Assembly: GCF_004010195.1 (NCBI RefSeq)
Contig: NC_057718.1
Location: forward strand, 72,530,626 to 72,594,625
Direction of reading: 5' to 3'
DNA: 64,000 nucleotides
DNA from: Chiloscyllium plagiosum
Lineage: Eukaryota
Positions 52,891 through 64,000 of this stretch are shown here, in pieces. Positions within the stretch are counted from its first letter, which is position 1; every line of letters begins with the position of its first letter. The translations under genes and the position numbers were made by a program. A model generated the notes under the pieces. It saw only the letters and a list, made by a program, of their open reading frames with translations. It made no database searches and was not told where the DNA came from.

Positions 52891-54682
52891 AAATTCATTA
52901 ATTCATTTTCTATTATATTTACCCCAGTTGAAATTGTTATTTGCATGTCTCTCAGCTTAAACCAATGCTTACATTTAGAGAGAGATGAAAGAGGAGAAAA
53001 ATACCCACTAACTGTTCACTTTTCCACAAGCAAATGCTCGATAATGGTTTTGCAGCCATTCAGAATTCCCCTACATTAAGATTGCCAACCTTTCAGCATG
53101 GGAGGGAGGCATATTTAATTTTTCTTTCACTCAGGGCAGCAGATTTCACGAAGACAGATTCTGTCATAACAATAAACATGAATTGTGGGGAAAACAAGTC
53201 CAAAGCGATAAGTTGATCATTAAAGTTGATCATTAATAAAAGAGACAAACAAAAAACAGCAGAGTCAACTAAGAAAACTTTTTTAAAATGCATTTTTGGT
53301 TCACAGTCAGACAAAGAAAGTAAGTACAACCCAACACCTGGTCAACAGAGAAGAGGGTGGAAACTGGATCTAAGCTCGGGAGATGGGTTTAACTGGGATC
53401 ACCTCTGATGGACACAGTCTGAGCTGGCCTCGATGGAATTCCCCTGAAAAGAAATTTCCTTCCAAAATGAATTTTCCTCCTCATCAGCTTCATAGAAGCA
53501 GGAAGATGAGGGCTCGAGTGCGCGGGAGTTCAGCTGAATTCAACAAATACTGTACACCCTCCCACGGACCTACTCACTCATATCCTCTATTCTCTAACAC
53601 TCTCAGCCTGGGAGGTTTACCAATGAATATCACTGAGGAGTACTAAAAGTGTCTTTCAAGGTACCAACATACCAACCCACAGCTTCTCCTGATTGCCATT
53701 GTTTCTATCATGCCCCAACCTCAGCTGAGGAAGTGCTCTGATTTTCATTTACCCCCAGCAAGCCCACCTGCCAGACAGTAGCCAGACTCTCACTTCCCAG
53801 CCTGCAGCAGGAGCTAGACGCTTGTTCTAACCCCCCACATCCTTCATTAGATAATGGTGGTGTCCCAACTCTAACCCAGCAGACAGCAGTTTCCCACCAG
53901 CATTTGAACAATGGCTAGTCAGGGCAATTTGTAGTTGCAGGTGCCTGTTGATCAAGCCTGCTCTGGATGCCTCTTATCCTTTCCACCCACACACTCCACT
54001 TTACCTGTCTCGGTATTTGATTAAAATCTTTTAAATTTGCAACATCTTCCATTTCTGACAAAAGATCGAGTAAAACATTAATTGCATTTGTCATTTTCAT
54101 AAATGCTGTCTGAATTGCTGGGGATTTAAATCATTTTTTAAAAACAGATAAAGTTGGTTTCAGAATTGTTCTGAAAGTAGGAATTTATAGTTGAATACAG
54201 ACTATTAGAAGTATCTTGAGGCACTTTATAAATAAGCTTTGGGAAATGGATGAGAGGCAAAGAGCAAGAATAATTGTGATAGGATTGAAATATTCAAATG
54301 AAGAACCCAGGTGAAAAATTTGAGAATGATTTGTGACCAAACAAAGGAAACAATGATAGACTTGAAATGCAAACTGTTTCTTTCTTTACAGATGCTATGT
54401 GACCTGCTGGGTATAGCCAGCATTTTTCTATCTTTTGACATTATGCATGATGTATGTTGCACAATTTATGAATAAGTATCTGACAGGGAGAAGGATGAAA
54501 AATAATGGACTTCCGTCAAAAATTGGGATTGATGTAAGTTATTAAAAAAATCTTTAATGGAAATTAGCAAGAGTACAAGAGTCCTTGATAAGCCCAAAAG
54601 AGAGAAATAATTCATTTGGAATTCAATGAAAAGTTTGCACACTATGGTATGTCACTTAAACTTTATAGGGGATATTATGGCC

Positions 54683-55008
54683 ATTAGATTAGATTAGATT
54701 AGATTACTTACAGTGTGGAAACAGGCCCTTCGGCCCAACAAGTCCATACCGACCCGCCAAAGCGCAACCCACCCATACCCCTACATTTACCCCTTTTAAC
54801 CTAACACTACGGGCAATTTAGCATGGCCAATTCACCTGACCTGCACATCTTTGGACTGTGGGAGGAAACCGGAGCACCCGGAGGAAACCCACGCAGACAC
54901 GGGGAGAATGTGCAAACTCCACACAGTCAGTCGCCTGAGTCGGGAATTGAACCCGGGTCTCTGGCGCTGTGAGGCAGCAGTGCTAACCACTGTGCCACCG
55001 TGCCGCCC
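54683..55008 (-). mobile_element. HE1 V-SINE, young
   Basis: Full body with (TTAGA)n tail. Confidence 0.92.
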
Positions 55009-55239
55009 ACACTACCATCTTGTAACAGATGGTAGTTGTGTCATTATAAGTTGACAAAATGCATATGGAAATCACAGAAATATAACATGTTATTGCATGA
55101 GATGGCTATCGGTTTTGGCTGTGACTAGTTTCTGATTAACATTAAACATGATAAAAAGTGAATAAATTAGATGTAATCAGCAATAAAGTAAAATAGTAAT
55201 CAAACAGTATCAACTCTTTAAAATCAATATTCAACGTAC

Positions 55240-55374
55240 CTTTTCCTTGGTTGAAGGTGGAGGCTGTTTTAACACTTCTTTCACTGTCTGTATAACAGTT
55301 TCAACCCTCATTACGCTAATGGAGCGCACTAGTTCCACCAACAACAACTGCTCAGGACAGGGTACAGGAATAAC
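55240..55374 (-). CDS. DOP1A: DOP1A coding exon (135 nt, phase 0/0)
   Basis: tttgaag|GTT...AAG|gtacgt; VIPVPCPEQLLLVELVRSISVMRVETVIQTVKEVLKQPPPSTKEK. Confidence 0.95.
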
Positions 55375-55501
55375 CTTCAAATATTAATATTACAATTTAT
55401 TTAATCTTGAAATTCTCTTACATGAATCAGTCTTATAGAAAACCAATCACAAAAGTGATGAAATGACAGCCACCCAATCAAAGGAATGGCACTTGCTGAT
55501 T

Positions 55502-55712
55502 TAAACGTGTGGTCCTGAAAAAGCACAGCTTGTCAGGCATGATCCAAGGAACAGGAGAATCAATGTTTTGAGCATAAGCCCTTCATCATGATGAAGAGCT
55601 TATGCTCGAAACGTCGACTCTCCTGCTTCCCAGATGCTACCTAACCTACTGTGCTTTTCCAGCGCCACACTTTTTGACTCTGATCACCAGCATGTGCAGT
55701 CCTCTCTTCCTC
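55502..55712. mobile_element. Head-to-head PLE terminal fragments forming a palindrome centred on the hammerhead core
   Basis: Centre CTTCATCA|TGATGAAG at 55581-55596; right arm GAGC ttat GCTC GAAAC GTC. Confidence 0.78.
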
Positions 55713-56440
55713 TTTGCTGATTTAGTGTGCCAAGGAACCTGGAAGTGGATTTATAAAGTGCTCAGACTTAGAATTATAGAATGATATACCACAGCGATGG
55801 TCACTTGGACCATCATGTCAAGTACTTCGTAGTTGAAATGAAATCAGAAAAATATCTGGATCAAAGCAACATTACAGACTGAGAAAGCAATGTCAGTGGC
55901 CATCACTTGGAAATGTATAAAGAATTAATGATTGGCATGCATTTTAACGCTTGCATGACAAGGTTCTCATTGTTTGAATCAGTTAAGTAAAACGAAAAAA
56001 GGAAAATTTCATCTTAGTGATAATAATTTAAATTTTTCACTGATGGGTTTGGTTCTTATTTATAACTGTTCCTATTTAAAGGTGGTGTGTGAGGCAAGTT
56101 GATGTGACACAAAGGGTGCTTGGCACATGCTGCCAGGGGAGGTGGTAGAAGCAGATAAAGTTTAAGAGATATTTAGAAGACACATGAACAGGCGAATAAG
56201 AGAGGAATACAGACCATGATTGGCGCAGACACGGTGGGCCAAAGAGTTTGTTCCCGCGCTGTACTATTCTATGAATACAGACGGACCGGTTTAGATGAAC
56301 TCAAATTGGAAAATAGATTTTAAATTATCATGTGACCACATGTATTTTTCAACTAGACATCAGTGGATGTTTGTTTGCTATTGCCCTGTTTTCTTAAGAG
56401 TTCAAAAAGGTCAATGCACTATTTTTGCACTATTTTAAAT

Positions 56441-56540
56441 GTTCTGAAGAAAGTACTAGACCAGAAATGTTAACTCTGCTTTATCTCCATAAATGCTGCC
56501 AGGCCTGCTGAGTTTTTCCAATAATTTCTGTTTTTGGTTT
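56441..56540 (+). mobile_element. PLE terminal fragment with degenerate hammerhead
   Basis: GTT-CTGAAGA...GAAAT-GTT-AAC then atgctgccaggcctgctgag. Confidence 0.65.
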
Positions 56541-56889
56541 TGTCACCATTTTAAAAGTTATGGAAGAAATTATATGCTGCACTCATCAGCACTTAAGTTT
56601 AAGAATTATGTTTTAACAATGGAAGATACCAAATGGATTAGACAATGACAATACTGATACAGCAAATTCTGAATGAAGTTCAGCTAATTAACAATAAGGC
56701 TAATACTCATATCAAACAGGCTTTAGAAGATAAATTACAGGAAAACTTGTGTAAGCAGGATTTGAGAGACATGGTCCTGCTAGCCCAATCAATTGGTACT
56801 TGAATTATATTAACAGTCACTTTATAAAGACATGATACATGAGGATCCTGCTCAATTACCACTTTCAAGCTTTAAAGCCAACACAAGTT

Positions 56890-58770
56890 TGATAAAAAAA
56901 AGGAAGCATATGTCAGGTATGACATACTAAAAGTACTTCAAAAGTATAGGGAGTGTTACTTAAAGAAATTAGGAGGGCAAAGATGAGCCATTGAATATCT
57001 TTGGCAGGTAGGATTGAGGAAAGCTCTAAGGACGTTCCATGTACTGTATATTAAGAATAAGAGGATCACTGGGAAAGGTACGGCCTATAGAGACCTAAGG
57101 GGCAAACTGTGTGTGAAGCCAAAGGATGTGGATCTCTCATCTATATTCACAGAAAAGACAGACATTGTAGCCGGGATTTCCAATTGAATGATGAGGTTCT
57201 AGAACGTGTTAAGATTAGTATAAGATGTTTTAGTGGGAATAAAGGTGCAATAATCCCCAGGGTGTGATGAGATGTATCCTGGGACGCTATCGGAGGCAAG
57301 GGAGGAGTCTGCTGGGGCCATGGAGGAGATATTTAACAATTTACTGGCCACAAATAAAGTGCTGGATAACTGAAGGATACTTAACATGGTTCCTTAAGTT
57401 CAAAATAGGCAGCAAGGATAGGCAAGGTAATTACAGACTAGTTAGTCTGGCATCAATGGTAGGCAGATTATTAGAAAAAATTCTGACAGACAGGATTAAC
57501 TATTACTTGGAAAGTCAGGGACTGATTAGGGATAGTGAGCATAGATTTGCAAGAGGGAGATCCTGTCTGTCTAATTTAATTAAATGTTTTGAGAAGGTGA
57601 TTAAATATATTGATGAGAGCTGTGCACTTATTAGGTTTACATGGACTTCAGTAAGGTTTTTGATATGATCCCACATGGAAGGCTGTTCCAAAGTTAACAG
57701 CCCATAAGATCCAAGGCAAGTTGGCAAACTGGATCCAAAATTGGCTTGCAAGTAGGAGGAATAGGGTGATAGTGAAGAGATATTTTTGTGATTCGAAGCC
57801 TGTGGGCAATGGTATATGACAGGGATTGGTGCTGGGACCCTTGCTGTTTGTTATGTACATTAATGATTGGGATGTAAACATAGAAGGTATAATGAGTAAG
57901 TTTGCTTTTGAAACAAAAATTGGCGGTGTTGTTGATAGTGAGGAGGATGGTCTCAGCCTACAGTCTGATATTGTTCAGCTGATAAATTGAATAGAGTAAT
58001 CCTGGTATTGCAAGGTGATGCACCTTGGGAGGTCTAATAAGGGAAGGATATACAAAATAAATGGTAGGTTCCACTAGCTTCAAGAGTTCTTGATGTATGA
58101 ATCTCTAATGGCTTCAGCACAGGTAGACCTGGTGGTGAAGGCAGCATTTCGGGGCCTTTATTACCCCGGAGCAAGGAAGACTTGTTACAACTTTGATAAA
58201 CATTGGTTAGGTTTTAGATGGAACACCATGTACAGTTCTGATTGCCACACTATCGGAAGTACATGAATGTGCTGGAGAAGGGGCAGACGAGATACACTAA
58301 GATGTTGACTGAGATGAAAAATCTCAGTTATGAGGAGGCTGGGCTTGTCTTTCTTGGAGCAGCAGAGGTTGAGGGTAGATCTGATTGAGATATACAAAAT
58401 TATGAGAGACATAGATAGAATAGGTTGAGAGAATCTCTGGAAGACGACCAGAGGGCATACGTTTAAGGTGAGGAGCAAGTGGTTCCAGGGAAACTTGAGA
58501 AAAACCTCTTTAATCCAGGGGGTTATAAAATTTGAGCATACTGATTGAGAGACTGGTGGAGGTGGATACTGTCACAACATTTAAGAAGCTTCTGGATAAC
58601 CATTTAAAATACAAGGGCTTAGCAAGCTATGAACCAAGTGAGATAAATGGGATGAGTGTAGTTAGGTGTCTGTTGGTCAGCATTGACATGGGGTGGGGTG
58701 GAGCAGGGGGAGGAGAAGGAAAAACAGCTGAAGAGCCTGTTTCTATGCTGTAGGACTCTATACCTCTAAG
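56890..58770 (+). mobile_element. Decayed CR1 ORF2/3' UTR
   Basis: GNYRLVSLASMVGRLLEKILTDRI...SCLSNLIKCFEKV; 3' tail. Confidence 0.8.
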
Positions 58771-58889
58771 TGTCTGCCTTTGAGAAAGAGTCAAAAGCAG
58801 GACAATGGCATAAAGTGATAATGGACTTCCTGCTAGAACAAAGTCTCATTCCACTGTAAACATTACTCTACAAAAGAGAGGAGTCTTAC

Positions 58890-59015
58890 TTTGTTTCTGA
58901 TGGTGCTTGCATTCTCTTTCCTCTCATTCCAAACATAAGCAATAGCTGCCATGAAGTGTACACCATGATTCATTGAGATGGGTCCTAAGAGCTCTAAAAT
59001 CTGTTGCCGGAGGCT
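58890..59015 (-). CDS. DOP1A: DOP1A coding exon (126 nt, phase 0/0)
   Basis: ctttctgaccag|AGC...AAA|gtaaga; SLRQQILELLGPISMNHGVHFMAAIAYVWNERKENASTIRNK. Confidence 0.95.
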
Positions 59016-59594
59016 CTGGTCAGAAAGGAACAAGAGACACACTGAATTAACTCAAAAATTAATTTATGGACAAGAAAACAAATCACAGTACTACATCTGA
59101 AACCACTGGATAATCTTAAATTCATGAACTGGCATTATGAAATGGGAAAAAAAAATCAGATATTATTTTCATTATCATCACAGTTATTTTAGTTCCGTAA
59201 ATCTTATAAGATTAAAGGCAATTCAAACACACAAGATAGGTGCCAAAGTACAAGTTAGTTAAGACTAATTAAAAGCCAAAGTTGTGACATGTAATCATTG
59301 CCCAGACTTTGTGACAAAACAGTTGAGAGGCTAACACTACTCACCATTATTCGAGAGCAAATCTACAGCAACATCCAGCAACTGGAAATGTGCCATTGGT
59401 GATGGGTATCAATTGTAGTTTTGTCAATGATGCCAACATCCCATAAAATAATTAAAATGTCTTAAGAATTGAAAGTGTGCAATAATATAAATTTCAGGTA
59501 CTTACCCACATGATACCTGTGAAATTCAGAAAAAAATTAAGGCTTGTATCTTACGTAATGTATCTTATTTAAATGCATTTTTAACAGTGGCAGA

Positions 59595-61305
59595 TAAGTA
59601 AGGTTGAGGAGAATCCAAAGGGATTCTACAAATATATTAGGGGCAAAAGAGTAACTAGGGAGAGAATAGGGTCCTTAAAGATTAACAAGTCCATTTATGT
59701 GGGACCACAGGTAGACCCTAAATTAATATTTCAGTATTTACTTGGAGAAAGACATGGAAGCAATGGAATGCAGGGAAGTAAATCCACATTACTGAAATCC
59801 ACATGCTGGAAGTCTTAAACGCATAAAGGTAGTTAAATCCCCAGGAGCTGATCAAGAGAATACCCGAACATCGTGGGAAGCCAGGGAAGAAATTGCAAGG
59901 TTCCTAACAGATATAGTTGATACCCACCGGTGAGGTACCAGATGACTGGAGAGTGGTTAATGTTTCATCATTAGTTAGAAAAGCTATTAGGAAAAGCCAG
60001 GGAACTACAGACCCATGAGACTGAAGTCAGTGGTGGGTAAGTTGTTGGAGGAGATTCTGAGAAACGGGATCTATATGCAATTGGAAAGGCTGGTTAGGGA
60101 TAGTCAGCATGGCTTTGTTCATGGGAAATTGTGTTTCACAAACTTCACTGACATTGCCAACAAGGGCTTTAACAAGTCCTTGACAAAGTTCAGTGTGGTA
60201 GACTGGTTACATCACATGGGATCCAGGGAGAGCCAGCCAATTGGATACAAAATTGGCTTGACAGTAGAACACAGAAGATGGTGGTAGAGAGTTGTTATTC
60301 CAACTAGAGGCCTGTGACCAGCGATGTGCCACAAGGATTGATACTAGGTCCACTGCTGTTCATCATTTATATAAACAATTTAGATGACACCAAAATGTGT
60401 GGTATAGTGGACTTTGAATCAGGTTATCCAAGAGATCAACGGGATCTTGATCAACTGGGGCAGTGGGCCAAGGAATGGCAGATGGAATTTAATTCAAACG
60501 AATGCAAGGTGTTACATTTTGATAAAACAAACTAGGGTAGGACTTAGACAATTAATAGCAGAGCACTAGGGAGTGTTGTTGAACAGAGGGGTGCAGGAGT
60601 GCCTTGAAATTAGCATCATAGTGTGGCAAAGGCGGCATCTGGCACGCTTACCTTCATTGATTAGAGCACTTTGTATGGAAGTTAGGACATCATGTTATGG
60701 TTGTATAAGACATTGGTAAAACCACATTTGGAATACTGCATACAATTCTAGCTGCCCTGCTGTAGGAAGAATGTTATTAAACTCGAGTGTGTGCAAAAAA
60801 AAAGATTTTTTACCAAGTCTGGAGGGTTTGAGTTATAAGGAGAATCTGAATAGGTTTTTATGGGTCTATTTGTATTTGTACCATAACTCTGCACACAGAT
60901 TAACAGTTCAAAAAAGATTCATGGGTTTAAACAGGCATACCATCTGGAGGGGCTGGGGCTTTTATCCCTAGAGTGTAGGAGGCTGAGGGGCGACTTTATA
61001 GAGGTTTATAAACTGAAAGGCATAGGTAAGGTGAATAGTCAAGTGAAGGGAAGTCCAAAACTGGATGGCATAGATTTAAGGAGAGAGGGGAAAGATTTAA
61101 AAGGGACTTGAGGGTTAATTTCTCATACAGGTGGTGCTCTAATGGAAAGGGCTGCCAGAGCTGAGTATAATTACAACATTTAAAAGACATTTGGACAGGT
61201 ACATGACAGATTTATGGGCCAAATGCAGACAAATGGGACTTTCTCAGTTTAGGAAACCTGGTCATCAGTTGAGCCGAAGGGTCTGTTTCCATGCTCTATG
61301 ACTCA
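59595..61305 (+). mobile_element. Decayed CR1/HER1 ORF2/3' UTR
   Basis: GEVPDDWRVVNV, TSDVPQGLILGPLLFIIYINNLDDT, WQMEFN. Confidence 0.8.
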
Positions 61306-62189
61306 GTGTAATTGATAATTGTGGCCAAATATCCTTTTTTGTCACTGTAACTTAGTACAGAGTCTCATTCTTCAAACATTTTTGAAAATACTTTAAAGAT
61401 AGATTTTTATCTCACATTTTCTTTTGTTTCTAAATTTCATCTTTTTTCCCACTCCTACTTTTAATTTCATTGAATCATTTAATTAGCTTGCACTGATTAC
61501 TCATACTTTTACTCTTCCTTATACAGACTCTCGAGACAGAATTTTCCGAGCTCCTGAGAAACATGGCAATGGCAATTCACTTAGGAAAACATGGCAGCAT
61601 ATTACATAACAATGCGCTGCCAGGTCACATTTTGTGTAGGGACAGGCTCCAGAACAGGATGCATTCTGATCTCTTATCTTGCTGTCTCAAGAGATATTAT
61701 AGTGGATGAATTTTGGAGGGATGGGAGAGTGGGGTGATCAGGTTTGGATAGGGGAGGCCTGGTTTCAGTAATCCTACCACGCTTACAATCTCCTATTGTA
61801 CTGGTGTGACACACTAGAGCTTATTCCAAAAGTGTGCAGCACGACTATGTCAACAGTTCATGTGCAGACATCCCATTGGCTTTCTTGTTGAAATCCTCCA
61901 TGTCCCACTGTATTGGTAATTCTGTTAAACTGGTCATTGCATGTGATGTAACACATTACTAAGGAGCTGTTCTGTTTCTGATATTCCCCACGTAGGAACC
62001 ATAACCAATGCGTCCAGCCACAGCAGTTGCTATTATCTCTGTGGCTGCTGCAAAACAAAGGTGCAAAGAAATTGAGGAGTGGCAATTCACCACCGAACCC
62101 AGGACCAGTAGCTGCTGAACAACCTCCACATAAAGTCGTCACAGCACAGTATGCTTCTGGCTGTGGAGGAGGTAGAGTAGACACAGAAT

Positions 62190-63150
62190 GCCCTCGATGC
62201 AATTTTGTTAGATGTGTAAGGTACAGTGCTGCCTTCAAATGAGATGGCTCAGCACAATTTCATAGCAAAGTGTCATCTAGAGCACAGCTTGTAATCTGAA
62301 AGAGTAGGTGACCATCCTATCACAATGGCAGGTTAGGTGACACCTGTGCTAAAACTTTATGCCACTGACTACTTCTGTTCTGGTCACAGGTCATGAAGCT
62401 TTTCCATCTCTCCATACATGTTGCTACATCTGCATGAAATGCACCAGAAATTCCAGCAATTTGTGTATCTGCTGGCTGCTTCCAAGGATCCACTGGGAAC
62501 TCTGAGATCTCTCAATCCTCAACTCATGAATGTATCAGAGCTATTACCAATATTTTTTCTGTAAGTTCACACTGCTTCACTTTGTTTCCCTGTGACAGAG
62601 TCAGCACTGCAGCCCAGCTTTACATAGAACAGTACAGCACAGTACGGGCCACAACGATGTTGTGGTGACTATCAACATAACTGGCTTCCCTAAGTGCATG
62701 GGGCTACAAATTGTACTTTGGCATGTAGAGAGCATCATATCATAATGCAGTTGACTTCACCAAAAGCAAAGGATACCATTTGGTCGATGTACAAGACATC
62801 TTGATCATCAGTATCAAATCTTAAAGGTCTGTGTCTGGTATCCTGGACACTGCCATGATGCCTGCATCCTTGACGACTGATGGATTCCTGTTTCATTTCA
62901 ATAAATGGATGCCAAACAAAGATGGCTACTGGGAGACAAGGGCTACCCCCTCTCCAATACTGATGAATCCACTACGCAAACACCTGACTGAGGCCAAGTA
63001 TAAGTAAAACTCAGCACATTCTTCCATGGGTCATTGAGGAGCAGATGGCAGCCCTCCTCAAAATAAGATTCTCTGATGTCTGGATTGATCTGGGAGGTTT
63101 AGTCGTATTGCATAATCCTTGCATGCTGTGAAGCAGGCAAAGGCATGTTA
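62190..63150 (+). mobile_element. Decayed PIF/Harbinger DDE transposase (pseudogenised)
   Basis: Ordered remnants: AGCFQGSTG..ISQSS, ITGFPK, FTKSKGYH, YPGHCHDACIL, WLLGDKGYPL (62923-62952), LMNPLR..TEA..NSAHS, LKIRF; frameshifts and stops. Confidence 0.78.
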
Positions 63151-64000
63151 TGTTGTACACTGAGGAGCTAGGTAAGTAGCAGCAGTCTTCTGAAAAAGAT
63201 AAACAAAAGGAACATCACTCTCCCCATGATTGAGTGAGTAGCATTGGGTACAACGAGCCATACAGGACTTAATGTTCACCCATTAGGTCAGAGTTGGTTA
63301 AAGTCATCATTCGTGACTGTAAATTTGTTACTTGAAAGGCAGGCAAACAAGCCCGTTTAGTCCCAGATGCAAATGCAACATTTCTTTCTGTTCTTCTCCC
63401 TCCTTGTTGTTCAATAAAAGTTAATATCAACAACATGTGAAGGTTTTACAACATGTGATGTTACCACAATCAACAATAAAATGTTATGCTACAATGGTTA
63501 AGGAAAGAGTAGTGGCTCTATGGATGGACAGTTTCTGATACTATACTTACCTGTACTACATATGTGCTCTCAGAAGCTTTTTTTTCATTTCGCCCCATTG
63601 CAAAAGGCTATCCCTGTCTGTGCTTTAAATCTGACACCTCACAGCTCAAGTAAACACTCTGCCGCTAGTGAGCACAAGACAGATGCACATAATGAATGTG
63701 GTGAGCAGTGAAGAACTGTATGAGACAAAATGCTATAAATTGACACTTAACAAATTTTTCAGCCCTGAGATATCTCAATGCAAATCGTTCAGATTGGTAA
63801 GGAAGTACACAATCACCTACTAGACTTTCACGGGGTTCATATTTCTTGTACAAGCAGCATCATTATTTTGGATTTTGAATTGCTACAAGTTCTAATGCAA
63901 AGGCACAAAAGTATGTGTGCAAGTGTCCAACAGATGTGATTCAGCTGATAGACAACATGTGCTGCATAATCTCAAGTGTGAGGAATTACACAAACAAACA

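Larger units (their letters stand above)
602..59015 (-). other. DOP1A: DOP1A/DOPEY1 gene span covered by the 10 internal coding exons found here (gene extends beyond both window edges)
   Basis: Spliced translation SLRQQILELLGPISMNHGVHFMAAIAYVW...WRAIIDHLMTHDKTTFRDLM is colinear with vertebrate DOP1A as I recall it. The motifs GPISMNHGVHF, VLNEFIMKNP and [10 protein letters not shown] favour DOP1A over DOP1B. All introns are GT-AG and phases are consistent. Confidence 0.93.

Noticed and set aside
53400..54100. GC-richer block with short ORFs (e.g. 53915-54100)
   Set aside because: No recognisable motif, splice context or termini; probably old repeat debris that I cannot classify.
602..59015. 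Assignment to paralogue DOP1B/DOPEY2
   Set aside because: Diagnostic segments ([39 protein letters not shown]) match DOP1A as I recall the two proteins; reciprocal BLASTP would confirm.
63551..63715. Candidate upstream DOP1A exon (tctcatacag...CAG|gtaagt, 165 nt)
   Set aside because: Stops in all three frames and no similarity to the expected preceding DOP1A peptide; at most a cryptic exon.
1..64000. CRISPR arrays or prokaryotic systems
   Set aside because: Spliced vertebrate gene; the short repeats are SINE/LINE tails, not repeat-spacer arrays.

Overview
Eukaryotic (vertebrate) DNA, almost certainly from a shark or ray, judged from HE1-type V-SINEs, HER1/CR1 LINEs and typical elasmobranch Penelope tails. 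The whole window lies inside one gene on the minus strand, DOP1A (DOPEY1). I traced ten consecutive internal coding exons (59015 down to 602, 1039 nt, about 346 codons). All have GT-AG boundaries and matching phases, and they encode part of the conserved C-terminal region; the gene continues beyond both edges. The introns are mostly transposon debris: nested CR1 LINEs (two with SGNH-esterase ORF1), 12 HE1 SINEs, Penelope-like elements (PLEs), RTE, Rex1/Babar and L2-like fragments, a two-LTR element with a tRNA-His-like PBS, a solo LTR and a decayed PIF/Harbinger transposase. The most interesting signal is a set of about 11 minimal type-I hammerhead ribozyme motifs on PLE termini. Four have an intact core (one at 1735 and three in a single TSD-flanked inverted/tandem insertion at 26.7-28.1 kb). 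One of those reads in sense on the DOP1A pre-mRNA, about 365 nt before an exon. Several junctions also contain inverted copies of nearby flanking DNA, which look like footprints of fold-back or template-switch integration. Repeat boundaries are approximate and family names come from remembered motifs; no database search was run.
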